NCBI GenBank assembly: GCA_963790205.1
Contig: CAWBNQ010000002.1
Coordinates: 1-64,000 of the forward strand
Source of the DNA: Nitrospirota bacterium
Lineage (GTDB): Bacteria; Nitrospirota; UBA9217
DNA length: 64,000 bases
Direction of reading: 5' to 3'
Made by a program: the position numbers and the translations under genes. A model generated the notes under the pieces. It was not told the DNA's origin. It did not search any database and worked only from the letters and a program-made list of their open reading frames with translations. Shown here piece after piece: positions 1 to 10,500 of this stretch. Every line of letters starts with the position of its first letter. Positions within the stretch are counted from its first letter, which is position 1.

Positions 1-539
1 CGGTCAAGCATGTTCGGCCCAGAGAGCAAAAGCCCTGTAGCCATGCGGCTTTTATGGATCAAGCTATTGATACGACACCTCGCCGTTTTCAGCCTTTTTT
101 TGATGAAGCGTATTCGTAGAAGGTTGCACCATTAAACCATTGATCACGGCGCAAGTCAAGCGGTTAAGAGAGAAAATCAGCATTGCCCGCGATGGCTCAC
201 GGATAGCCCCGCAGGATCGCTGTGACCGCGTTTTACGGCTACCGCTCGGGCGCTTGCAGGACCGACGCTGCGGAGTTCTGTTGTCACTCAACAAGCCCGT
301 TCGATGCTCTTTTTGGGCTCTATTCGTACGCGCCATTCAGGTAATGCGCTACGCGGGCGTCGTCTATCACACACCACTCAACGATGTTGAGCGGCGTGTA
401 AAACGCGAGGATGAGAAACGCTGTCTTTGTGCTTTGGTGTCGCGGCGTTCGCGGTTTAACGCCGCGTTTAACGCTGGGCTTCTTTTCCGGCGACGTTCCT
501 CAGTCTTTTCATGGTAAAACGTGGTTTAACGTCTGAAGT

Positions 540-576
540 TGATATGATATCACATCATCTTTTTGATATCATATCA
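540..576. repeat. Perfect 13-bp inverted repeat with 11-bp spacer
   Basis: TGATATGATATCA (540-552) / TGATATCATATCA (564-576). Confidence 0.9.
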
Positions 577-1236
577 TTCTTCTTTCGCGGTCGGCCGAGG
601 ATCGCCGGGAGAGCCGGCAGGCCCCGGAGCGAGAGACGCGCACCGGCGTGCGGCGCTGGACGCGGAGCAACCACAGCGCTAAGGCGGAGCGTGCGCGAGC
701 GGAAGCGTAGCAGGGTTCGCGCGACCAGGCGCGAGACACCGACGCGCACGTGGCACGCTTGCGCGGCCGAGCGAAGCGGGCCTGGCGGCGCGTACGCGCG
801 TGTGCATGCACGATCGTGACTGCGATGACATCTGTCCTTCCTCTCCCCTCTCCCCTTTTTTTCTTTAACTGCCGGGGAGCCCTATTAGGGCGGATGGGAG
901 CGCGGGAGAGTGTGCTGGAGCGTTTCACAGCGCAGGCACTCTCTCACGCGCGGGGGCGGGCGGGTGCGAGGGCGCGCGACGTGCGCCGCTCTTGCACGGC
1001 GCGTGACCGAGCTATAAAACGGGCTTGACGCCGCAGCGAAGCGAAGGCGTGAAGCCGATTCCACTGTCAGTTCGTCTTTTACTCTTTTTGTCTTTTGATC
1101 CTGGGCGCCCCCTTTGGGGGCAGACGGGAGCGAAGCAGGGGCAGAGGTTTGCAAGCGCCGTGACCCGAAGGGCGCGGGGAGGGTCGGCCCCGCGCAGCAT
1201 CCTCCCCCCTAAGGCGCTCCAACATGTGCGCCTAGA

Positions 1237-1309
1237 GAGCCCTCCCCCTTTGGGAGTTCCGATGATGGAGGGGGGTGCCAGGGAGGGGGTTTCCAAAGGG
1301 GGAGGGCTC
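1237..1309. repeat. Perfect 17-bp inverted repeat inside a GC-rich structured non-coding region
   Basis: GAGCCCTCCCCCTTTGG (1237-1253) / CCAAAGGGGGAGGGCTC (1293-1309). Confidence 0.85.
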
Positions 1310-1519
1310 GGCGGGGGGAGGGCTGGCGCGGCGCTTGCCTCTGCCCCTGTTTCGCGGGGCGGGCGGGGGTAAAATCATGCCGCAGGGTTTGCGGGGCGAT
1401 CCATCCCGCAAGCCCGGAGGCCTCCGCTATTCCTTGTCACTGGCACTGGCACTGCGCTGTCACTGTCCCTCGCCGCTGTTACTGCCTCTCGCGTCCCCCG
1501 TCCATCGTCCCCTCGTCCC

Positions 1520-2449
1520 TCATTCTTTATCCTTCTCCCTCGGATGGCACTTGCTGTGCACTTCTTTCAAGTCCGTGATGCTCACGTGCGCGTACACCTG
1601 CGTTGACTCAAGCGAGGCATGGCCGAGCAGCTCCTGGAGGTGCCTGATATTCGCCTTGTTCCTGAGCATGTGCGTGGCGCACGTGTGCCGGAAAGTGTGG
1701 GGCGAGACGGTCTTTTTGATCTTCGCTTTCTTCGTATGCTTCTTCACGATGTCCTCGATAGCGCTGAAGGAAGGCGTGGTCCCTCGCATGGTAATGAAGA
1801 GATGGTTGTTGCCCGGGTCCCGGACCAGCATGGGCCGGACCTGCTTGACGTAGTTCTCGAGGTACCGGCAGGCGATCTTGCCGATCGGGACCACCCGGTC
1901 CTTGTCCCCTTTTCCGCTGTTCACCCTGACGAAGCCCTCGTGATAGTCCACGTCCTGGAGGGTGAGAGAGACAAGCTCTTTTCTCCGGACCCCGGTCGAG
2001 TACAGGACCTCCAGGATCGTCCGGTCCCGGTATCCGAGCGCGGTCCTGGTGTTCGGCGCGTGGATCACCTTCTTTGTTTCCGACCCGGAGAGGATCGAGC
2101 GGGGCAGCCGCTTCGGGGTCTTTGCGTACGTGACGTCCCGAGCAGGATCGTGGGCAAGGTAGTCGTTCTCCCAGAGGAAGCGGAAGAAGGATTTGACGAT
2201 GCTCAAGGTCTGGTTCTGGCTCCGTGGGCTGTTCGGCTCGCCCCGTTTGTTTATCTGTTCGTAAAGATGCGTCTGGTAGTCCCTGACAAGGTCTTTCGTG
2301 ACTGCGGTGACCTCGAAGATACCGCGAGCCTCAAGCCAGGCAAGGAAGCGGTTAAGATAGAAGGCGTGGCTTTGGGTGGTGCGCTCTGCGTAATTTACGG
2401 TGAGGAGATGCTGTTGGTACTTTTCCGTGAAGTTGCTAAGGGTGCTCAT
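1520..2449 (-). CDS. XerC/XerD-like tyrosine recombinase
   Basis: 309 aa; LYSTGVRRKEL, GKGDKDR, HTFRH, LLGHAS and TQVY catalytic motifs. Confidence 0.95.
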   Translation of the reverse strand: MSTLSNFTEKYQQHLLTVNYAERTTQSHAFYLNRFLAWLEARGIFEVTAVTKDLVRDYQTHLYEQINKRGEPNSPRSQNQTLSIVKSFFRFLWENDYLAHDPARDVTYAKTPKRLPRSILSGSETKKVIHAPNTRTALGYRDRTILEVLYSTGVRRKELVSLTLQDVDYHEGFVRVNSGKGDKDRVVPIGKIACRYLENYVKQVRPMLVRDPGNNHLFITMRGTTPSFSAIEDIVKKHTKKAKIKKTVSPHTFRHTCATHMLRNKANIRHLQELLGHASLESTQVYAHVSITDLKEVHSKCHPREKDKE

Positions 2450-3444
2450 GGTCCGGCCTCTTTTTCCAACGACGCTCTTTGATCTTGGCGATATCGGGTT
2501 CGGCCTCTTCGCTCGTCTCTTTGTCTTTCTCTCTCGGGTGGCTCATCGTATGGGTGTTCTTGACCTCGATGCCGGCGACGCGGATATAGACGTGGGTGCT
2601 TTTAAGATCAACGTGGCCGAGCATCTTCGAGACGGCGGTGATGTCCGCGCCGTTTCTGATCAGGTCCGTTGCGAAGGTGTGACGGAAGACGTGCGGGGTC
2701 ACTTGCTTGTCGATCTTCGCTCGTCTGGCGTACCGTCTGACCATGAGCTCGACCACCTGCTTGGACAAGGCCCGGCCCCACTGGTTCACGAAGAGGGTCC
2801 GGAGCTGCTTGTTGCTTTTGGTGTGTTGGGGCCGGACGCTCGTGATGTACTCTTTTAAGAACCTGACCGCGTGCTTGCCTAGACGGGACGACGCGGTCCT
2901 TGGAGAACTTGCCCTTGACCCGGAGCAAGCCGCCCTGGAGGTCGCAATCGAAGATGGTGAGGGTTGTCAGCTCTTCAAGACGGATGCCGGTCGAGTAGAA
3001 GACTTCGAGCACGCATCGATCCCGGATGCCGACGAGCGTGGACAGATTCGGCTGGTCGAAGATCTTCCGGACCTCGTCTTCGGAGAGAACGACGCGGGGC
3101 AGTCGCGTTTCTTTCTTCGGCTCCTTGATGTGCTCGGCGGGATTGATCAGGATCGTCCCGATATCTTCGAGATACTCGAAGAAGCGCTTGACGGCCCGGA
3201 CTTTCATCGAGATAGTTCCCACGGCGTAGCCCGTGCCCTTGAGACCGGGAAGCTCGGCGATCTTCTGCTGGTAGTCCTTGAGCACGTCGCGGGTGACGCG
3301 CTTGATGTCGGTGATACCGTTCTCCGTGAGATGATCGAGGAAGAGCCGGAGGTGGCCGCTGTAAGCAGCTACGCTCTGAGGCGAGTAGTTCTTTACCTTG
3401 AGATGCTCGGTGAAGCTCGCGTGTAGCTCGTTAAACTCGCTCAT
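2436..3444 (-). pseudogene. Second XerC/XerD-like tyrosine recombinase, split by a single-base insertion near 2883 (possibly a sequencing error)
   Basis: ORF 2608-3444 has the N-terminus to KDRVVP; removing one base continues LGKHAVRFLKEY into ORF 2436-2789 with HVFRH, MLGH and THVY. Confidence 0.9.
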
Positions 3445-3581
3445 GATCAGCCTCTTGTACTATAACTATGATTCACGATTTTCCCGCATCCGGTATATGT
3501 GCTTTTCTTAAAAACCGTCCAAGCTCTGTAAAAAGATGAGGCAAGGCCGCTGCCATCAAGGGCTTTATGAGATTCGACCCG

Positions 3582-3647
3582 ACCGGACTAGTGCCGGACT
3601 AGTGGGGTCCAAGTAGGGTCCAAGTTGCCTTTTTTGCCGTCCAAGTT
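3582..3647. repeat. Short tandem direct repeats between primase and recombinase genes
   Basis: CCGGACTAGTG twice, GGGTCCAAGT twice, a third GTCCAAGT downstream. Confidence 0.8.
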
Positions 3648-3683
3648 GACGCCAGGCGTCATCCTGAGCGAAGCGAAGGATCA

Positions 3684-3890
3684 TCATTCCTCGACCACGT
3701 TGAACGGAAGGTCCGTGATAATGAGGTCGTCACGATCTCTCGCCTGGACCTCGATCCCGCTGCCGTCGCCGAAGCAGACCGACGCGGAAGTGAAGCAGCG
3801 GAAGTCGCTTTCGACAACAAAGCCGCACATGACGTGCGGAAGATTGTACTTGCGCCAGTTCTTTACGATGGCGATTTTAGTGTTGTCCAT
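3684..3890 (-). CDS. Small hypothetical protein coupled to the primase gene
   Basis: 68 aa, overlaps primase stop, preceded by AAGGAG RBS. Confidence 0.6.
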   Translation of the reverse strand: MDNTKIAIVKNWRKYNLPHVMCGFVVESDFRCFTSASVCFGDGSGIEVQARDRDDLIITDLPFNVVEE

Positions 3891-6561
3891 TGCGTTCTCC
3901 TTTCTTCTGTGCCGCGATCTTCTTCTTTAGCTCCTCGATGCTGGTGAGACCCATCAGGAAGGGCTTGCCGTCCTCGCCGCCTCCTGGATAGAGAAGCTCG
4001 TACACGTACTCCTTGCCCTTCTTCCCGGCGACCGAGTAAAGGTACTCCAGGTCTTCGAGCTGCTGGATGTGGCGCTTGATCTGCGAGTCGCTCCACCGGC
4101 TCCACTCGCGGATGTCGCGGCGGTTGAAGTGATAGTTCTTCGGCTCGCTGTCTTTGCAGCGGGCCTCGACCATCTCGCGGATCATCTTGAGCAAGAGGCG
4201 CGACGGCGGGGCGAGCTCGTCAAGCGTGCGGCCCAGGATCTCGGCCGCGAGCGTGTTCGCCTTCTCGATATCGTCCAAGATCACCTCGACATATTGAAGG
4301 AGATCGCCGTTATCCTGGACCGTCTTTATCTCGCGTTGATACTGGCGCAGGAAGGCGATGGCCAGGATAAGGCCCAGGTACTTCATATTGTCGCGCCGAG
4401 CGCGCAGCGTCTCGGCGGGATAGGTGAGCAGCTCTGCAAAGGGATTGATCACGCGAAGAGGCCGGAGAAGTCGTTGCGCGTTGTGGTGACGTTTGGTGAT
4501 CCGCTCGGTCTCGACCTTCTTGAGAAGACCGGCCAGAGTCTGCCTCTCGCGCTGCTTCTGGAGGATACGTTCGGTCATCTCTTTTGATTCATCGATGGTG
4601 AGGGTAACGAAACGATTGGCAGTCTCATAATCAAGCTCGACTTCCGTTGTCGTAATCATGAGCGCCACGGGACCTTTTACCTTGTACTCTTCTGTCCGGA
4701 GCTTTCCGGTTGCCGGGTCTTTGCCGGTCGCAGCGATGGAGAGATACTTTGATGATTGGATGTTCCTGATCGAGTACGATGCGTCACGGGCTCCGTGCTC
4801 TTCCTCGATGGCAAGGAGCTTGTGGACCAGGCTGTCTTCTTCCTTGTAGAAAAGCGCCTGGCCGGTGATGCGAGTATACTTGATGTAATCCTCGTCGGGG
4901 ATCAGCGAGAGCACGGCGTCTTGAAGCGTGCTCTTGCCGGCAGCGCTCCGGGACTGAACCAGGACGGATAAGGGTTCATCGAGCTTGCGGCTCGTGGCCG
5001 AGAGATAGCCCATGAGCTTGTTTGCGTCCTCGCCGGTGATGCCGACCGTCTCGAAGTCAACGAGGATTTGGGAGAAGAGCTCCGGGTCTTTCAGGAAGTC
5101 CAGGGCCTCGTCTTCTTCGGCCTTCGTCATCTTCGGAGTGGCCGACGTTTCTTTATTCTCCGGTTGCCAGGACTCGGCCAGGTCGATGAGCTTGGTAATA
5201 TCTTCCGTGATGATCTCTTCCTTTTCGGAGAAGAGAACCGCGCAGGCCTTGGCGAAGAAGAGACGGCTACGATTGGAGTAAAGATCGACCGTGTCCAGGT
5301 GGAACCGCTGCGCTGCCTTCTCTCCCCGAACCGCCTTGATCGTTGCCTTGAGCTTCACGCCCTCGCGCACGATCCCGCGCACGTCGTAGCGCCGGTCGCC
5401 GTACTGGACAATAAGGCCGGTGTCGGTCTTGTCGTAGGATTTCTGCTCGTGCTTCACGATCTTGTCGGATCGGATCGAGGCGCGGTGATTGGATTCTTTG
5501 AGGAGCTTTTCGAAGATCGCGGAAGCGTCGGCGGTTAAGAGGAAAAAGGTGTTGATGTCCACCTTATCCACGCCAGGCGGCAGCGGGATCGCCGGGAGCT
5601 GCACAATATAGGATTCTATGCCTTTCTCTTTTAACTGCCCGGCGATCTTCTCCGCGCCTTCCTTCCCGGCGTCGTCAAGGTCGAAACAGATGTAAACCTC
5701 TTTGACCTGGCTGCGAGTGAGAAGGTCGAGCAGGTCACGCGTGAAGCCGTTCACACCGTAGCACGGGATCACGTCACGGAAGCCGGCGTTGTATAACGTC
5801 ACAGCATCGATAATCTTTTCGGTGAGGATGATTGATTTGCTTCGTTTGGCAGCCTGGAAGTTCCAGACGCCGCGGCGGGGACCGGGAAGATAGAAGTGGG
5901 CCGTTTCTCCGTCCGTGATTCTGCGGCCGTAGATGCCGACAGCGTCTTTGTTCTCATCGAAGATCGGAAAGACCGCGCAGCCGTAAAACATCTCGTTGCC
6001 GCGTTCGTTCAGTATGCCGATCTCCTTGAGTGCCTCGCGGATATCGCCTTCGTCGGGGATGGTGTTCAATAAGGTTCCGTTGCTGTAGCCGATCGTGAAG
6101 TCTGAGAAGAGAGCGTTGTCCGCGATCCCGCGCGTATGCATGTACTCACGCGCGCGAGGATCTTCGCAGAAGGTTTTATGGTAGAAGGATACGACGCGGT
6201 TTAATAGATGAGTGCGATTGATAGATGATTCCGGAGCGGAGCTTTCCTTTGCCTTCTTCTCCGGCTTCTGTTCTCGGCGTTCTGGCTTCCGGCCCCCGAG
6301 CTTCTCCATCGCCTCCTTGAAGCCAAGCCCCTCTTTCTTGCAGATGAAGTTGATCACGTCGCCGCCGGCGTTGCAGCCGAAGCAGTGGTAAAGGTTGGTC
6401 TTGGGATTCACGGTAAAGGACGGAGTTTTCTCTTTATGGAAGGGACAGAGGCCGACGTAGTTGGTGCCCTTCTTCTTGAGCGTGACGCCGTAGGACTCGA
6501 TGACCGCCTTGAGGTCATGGGTTTGCTTGATCGTTTCGATCTCCTCCTTTGAAACCCTCAT
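3877..6561 (-). CDS. DNA primase/helicase fusion (CHC2 zinc finger, Toprim, P-loop ATPase)
   Basis: CPFH...CFGC zinc finger, Toprim CFDLDDAG, Walker A-like SAAGKST; 894 aa. Confidence 0.92.
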   Translation of the reverse strand: MRVSKEEIETIKQTHDLKAVIESYGVTLKKKGTNYVGLCPFHKEKTPSFTVNPKTNLYHCFGCNAGGDVINFICKKEGLGFKEAMEKLGGRKPERREQKPEKKAKESSAPESSINRTHLLNRVVSFYHKTFCEDPRAREYMHTRGIADNALFSDFTIGYSNGTLLNTIPDEGDIREALKEIGILNERGNEMFYGCAVFPIFDENKDAVGIYGRRITDGETAHFYLPGPRRGVWNFQAAKRSKSIILTEKIIDAVTLYNAGFRDVIPCYGVNGFTRDLLDLLTRSQVKEVYICFDLDDAGKEGAEKIAGQLKEKGIESYIVQLPAIPLPPGVDKVDINTFFLLTADASAIFEKLLKESNHRASIRSDKIVKHEQKSYDKTDTGLIVQYGDRRYDVRGIVREGVKLKATIKAVRGEKAAQRFHLDTVDLYSNRSRLFFAKACAVLFSEKEEIITEDITKLIDLAESWQPENKETSATPKMTKAEEDEALDFLKDPELFSQILVDFETVGITGEDANKLMGYLSATSRKLDEPLSVLVQSRSAAGKSTLQDAVLSLIPDEDYIKYTRITGQALFYKEEDSLVHKLLAIEEEHGARDASYSIRNIQSSKYLSIAATGKDPATGKLRTEEYKVKGPVALMITTTEVELDYETANRFVTLTIDESKEMTERILQKQRERQTLAGLLKKVETERITKRHHNAQRLLRPLRVINPFAELLTYPAETLRARRDNMKYLGLILAIAFLRQYQREIKTVQDNGDLLQYVEVILDDIEKANTLAAEILGRTLDELAPPSRLLLKMIREMVEARCKDSEPKNYHFNRRDIREWSRWSDSQIKRHIQQLEDLEYLYSVAGKKGKEYVYELLYPGGGEDGKPFLMGLTSIEELKKKIAAQKKGERNGQH

Positions 6562-6582
6562 TTCGGCCCCCTTTGAAAAAAC

Positions 6583-6651
6583 TTGTCAAGCGGATTCTAA
6601 ATGGTATAATGTGGTGTCAAGAATATACGGTTTTCGTATATCCATGTCAAG
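6583..6651. promoter_or_regulatory. Overlapping divergent sigma70 promoters with palindromic operator
   Basis: Plus strand TTGTCA(6583)-16-TATAAT(6605); minus strand TTGACA(6650)-17-TATATT(6627); palindrome ATATACG-N5-CGTATAT at 6623-6641. Confidence 0.75.
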
Positions 6652-6661
6652 GAGTTTTTAA

Positions 6662-7042
6662 ATGCGTGATATTATGCTGTTCATGAAAAGGACAACTGTC
6701 ACTGCGAAGGACTTCGGGAAAAGGCTGGCGAGCTTACGGAAGGAACTGGGGCTGACCCAGACCGATCTGGGCGAAAAGGTCGGGGTCTCCTGCAGGGTGA
6801 TCGCCTACTACGAGGGAGAGACGCACTATCCCCCGGCGCACCTGATCGAGCCGCTGGCGAAAGCGCTCAAGGTGTCGACCGACGAGCTGCTCGGCGTGAA
6901 GCTCATCAAGCAGCAACGCGATCCGCAGCACGCGGCGTTGTGGCGGCGGTTAAAAAAGATAGAGAGCCTTCCGAAAAGGGACCAGAAGGCTCTTTTGCAT
7001 TATCTCGATGCGCTGGTTCAAAAGAACGTAGCGGCGGGGTGA
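6662..7042 (+). CDS. XRE-family helix-turn-helix repressor
   Basis: RLASLRKELGLTQTDLGEKVGVS...YYEG...LAKALKVSTDELLG; start may be a later Met. Confidence 0.92.
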   Translation: MRDIMLFMKRTTVTAKDFGKRLASLRKELGLTQTDLGEKVGVSCRVIAYYEGETHYPPAHLIEPLAKALKVSTDELLGVKLIKQQRDPQHAALWRRLKKIESLPKRDQKALLHYLDALVQKNVAAG

Positions 7043-7048
7043 AAAGGG

Positions 7049-7588
7049 TTAATGACGCGCCTCTTTTGGATAATAAATAGCAAGCATCTCTAAGCTGCAT
7101 GATTTGATTTGATACATAATATCGCTGCTACCTTGCGTATTTTGCTTCACTCTATACTGAAGCCAATAGCGGATAATATTACCCTCCGGGTCTGCGAAAT
7201 CTTCCGTCCAACGATAAAGATCGTGCGCTTCCTTTTCATCAACAATATGCGACCATAGGCCCGAGCCTCTTTTGTGATTCAGCTTCAATCCTGGATTTAA
7301 AAAGTCAGTGTCTTGGCGAATCCATCCTAAACGGCTCATTTTATCGACCAATTCATTGACGAAATCATGGGCGGGAAAGCAAATGCTATCTTCATACTTA
7401 ACCTGATGTGTTTCGCCTACCTTTGTATACTTAATGTTTTTAGCAGTCTCAGGTATCCATACATTTTTTTTCAGGACATCAGGCAATTTACCCGTTGAGC
7501 AACCGAAAGCTGATATGCATAACATCACAGTCAGAAGATTTAATAATTGGCTATTTGTTATTTTCATACTTACACTCCGCGTGCACAT
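7049..7588 (-). CDS. Probable lipoprotein immunity protein of the Rhs toxin
   Basis: Directly follows Rhs stop, AT-rich, signal peptide with lipobox-like AFGC; start may be Met at 7567. Confidence 0.7.
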   Translation of the reverse strand: MCTRSVSMKITNSQLLNLLTVMLCISAFGCSTGKLPDVLKKNVWIPETAKNIKYTKVGETHQVKYEDSICFPAHDFVNELVDKMSRLGWIRQDTDFLNPGLKLNHKRGSGLWSHIVDEKEAHDLYRWTEDFADPEGNIIRYWLQYRVKQNTQGSSDIMYQIKSCSLEMLAIYYPKEARH

Positions 7589-10500
7589 TTAATTACCGTC
7601 AGGATCAAGACAATGACAGCCGTTGTCAGTCCATGTCCCCTTCGTTTGAGCAGTAAGATTGGCGATTACGGGATACTCCGGTACAACCCATTCCCCAAAT
7701 TCTCGACCCTGTCTAGTTCGCGTTACGGTATAAGTGGTTTCTTTACCGCATTTCTTCTTTTTCTTACACTTGAATTGAGCTTGTTCAGTAAAGCATCTTT
7801 CAGTATATACTCTTTCAACACTAATCAATTTCCAATAGCAAAGACAATTCATCAAACCATCTTGTTGATAACCATCGGGCGCCCATTTGCTTCTTAAAGA
7901 GCTTGCACCACAGGTTGATATTGAGTTTGAGTTCTTTAGGACCGGTATTTCGTTCCAATCAGTAACTTGTTCGCATGGCTCAAGGCCTCTTAAATCAGTA
8001 AAAGCACCTGGATTTTGACGCGCATAGATGTAAAGGTTATTGCCGCCTCGCAGCCCAATCGGATCCGCCTCTATATATCGTCCAATCGCCGGGTTATAGT
8101 CTCTGAAGTAATTATAATTCAGCCCCGTCTCCGCATCGAAGTATTGTCCAGGGAATCTCAGATTGTTTGTGATCGTCGAAACGGTGATCGTCGCTTCTCC
8201 GAACGGATTGTAGTCAGCAGCCCAGACGACCGCGCCGGTGCTGTCCGTCATCTTCTGCGGAGTGCCCAAGGCGTCATTATGATAATAATAAACGCTCGTT
8301 CCTTCTATCTTCGCCAACGGCTGACCATTCAAGTATACATAAACCGCAGTGAATGCGCCGGCGGCATTTGACTCCGCGATGAGCTGACCCCGCTGATCGT
8401 AATGGAAGATCGTCGTTGTTCCGTTCACGATTTTCTTGACTCGCTGCCCGTTGCCGTTGTAGGTGTAAGTCGCGGTCATCGCGCCGTCTACGACCTGGGC
8501 CAAGCGTTGGTTCTGGTTGTACGTGTACTGCCGCGCGCCCTGGCTCGTGGTGTTGCCGTTGTTGTCGAAACCGTAAGAGAGACCGTTCGCGCTGCTCAAC
8601 TTATTTGTGCCTGTGTTGTATGTGTAGCTGTTCGAGTTCTCCGCCTGCCTGTTGCCGACGCCGTCGTAGGTCCAGGAGAGCGAACCCCATATCCCGGAAG
8701 CTGTGGCCGTAGAGAGCCGGTCGAGGGCATCGTAGGTGAAGGACTTGTTCTTCGTGGGATCGAGCGCGTTGTTGATCGCCATAATGTTCCCGTTCGCGTC
8801 GTAAGTCGGATAGCTAAGATTCATCACGGACCCGGCAGTGATCCCGGTGACACGGTACTGGTTATCGTAGCTGATCGATCCGGCAACGCCGTTGCCGTAG
8901 GAGAGCGAAGAGATCCCGCCGAACGGTTTGTAATTGATGCTTGTCGCAAGATTCGCGGCGTTGTCCAGCACGCTGATCGCTTTATCGTTTGAGTAGTTGT
9001 ACGTGATGACTTCGCCCGTGGGCTCGGTTTGCGTTTTCAAGTTTCCGTTCTGATCATACGAGTATTGGGTGACGTATTGAATACTATCGATGGTCCGCGT
9101 TTCTTTTTTGATCTGACCTTTCGCGGAGTATTCGTAAGCAGTCGTGCCGCTCGCGTCCGTCATCGAGCACAGCCGACCTTTTCCATTCACACAGCTATCA
9201 TATGCGTAGACGACATCGCCGTCTGACGGGAAGTGGATTCGTGTCAATCGATTGGCTGCATCATACGTATTTGAAACTGTTATTCCCTTCGCGTCGGTCT
9301 TTGAGACCAGATTTCCTGCCGGGTCATACCAGTAAGTCATCGTCCCGGTGTCCGGGGAGATGACCTGATAGACCCTGCCTTTGTCGTCATACTTGTACGT
9401 TGTCGTATTATTGTTCGCATCAATCACGCTCGTCAGGTTATTGCCCGAGCTGTAGCCATAGGATGTCGTAACGCTGCCTGGTTGAACCACCGAAGTCAGC
9501 CGACTTAAAGCATCATAGCTGTAGGCGCTGATTGCCGATTTCGGGTTTTGGATTGAAACTCGATTGCCACGTGAATCATAAGCGTACTGTGTAAACGTAT
9601 TGTCGGGATTTACGATTTTCGTCAGCCGATCAAGCGCATCGTACTGATAGCTGAGCGTCTTCTGGAGACTGCCCGTGCTGTCATTGATCTGCTCGGTCAG
9701 TTTGTTGCCTTCGGAGTCATAGGTATAGTTGATCGTATTGTTCAGGCTGTCTTTGATCGTGGCGAGGTTCCCCATTGTGTCGTAAGTATACCAGATTGTG
9801 TTGCCTTCGGGAAGGGTGATGTGGTCTATCTTGTTCGCCCCGCTGCAGGACGGGCAGCTCCCGCCGCCGGACACATAAAAATACTGCGTTGCTGCCGTGT
9901 CACCGGGAGCCTTGACGGTAAGCACCCTCCCGAGGGTATCGTAGGTATAGGCCGTGCTGTTCCCGTTCGGGTCGGTGACCGTCTGGGGGTTGCCCAGCGG
10001 GTCGAAGCTGGAATACGTCGTTGAACCGATGATCGGCTGGGTCACGGAGGCGAGATAGCCCGTCGTTGAATCATAGTTATAGGTCGTAACATCCTGTACA
10101 TCGGTCCTGGGACCATCGATACTAGCAATTCTTCCGTTAGCATCATAACCATAGGTCGTGGTGTATGAATAAGCCGTACTGTCTCCCAAAAGCCCCGTCT
10201 CGGTTGTTGTCAGGAGATTTCCGTTGTTGTCGTAGCTATTGGTCGTGACCTTGTTCTGCGCCGGATTGACGACGCTTGTTATCGTTTCGGTCAGGACCTT
10301 GCTGAACACGGGATCGTAGGTCCAGGTGGTCGTCTTTTCAATGCTCGTCCCCTGCGCTTCGGTTTTGGTGAGCACGTTACCCTTGCTGTCATAGGTATAT
10401 GCGGTGGTCGTTGTACCACCCGATACGATGTCCGTATGTCCTTCCTGAAGTATCCAGGTGGTATTGTTGTCCCGCACATACGTTGTTATATTGCCGAAGG

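Noticed and set aside
64..1853. Many 60-190 aa ORFs in the left arm
   Set aside because: Arg/Gly/Ala-rich, mutually overlapping, no motifs; expected in GC-rich structured non-coding DNA or antisense to the recombinase.
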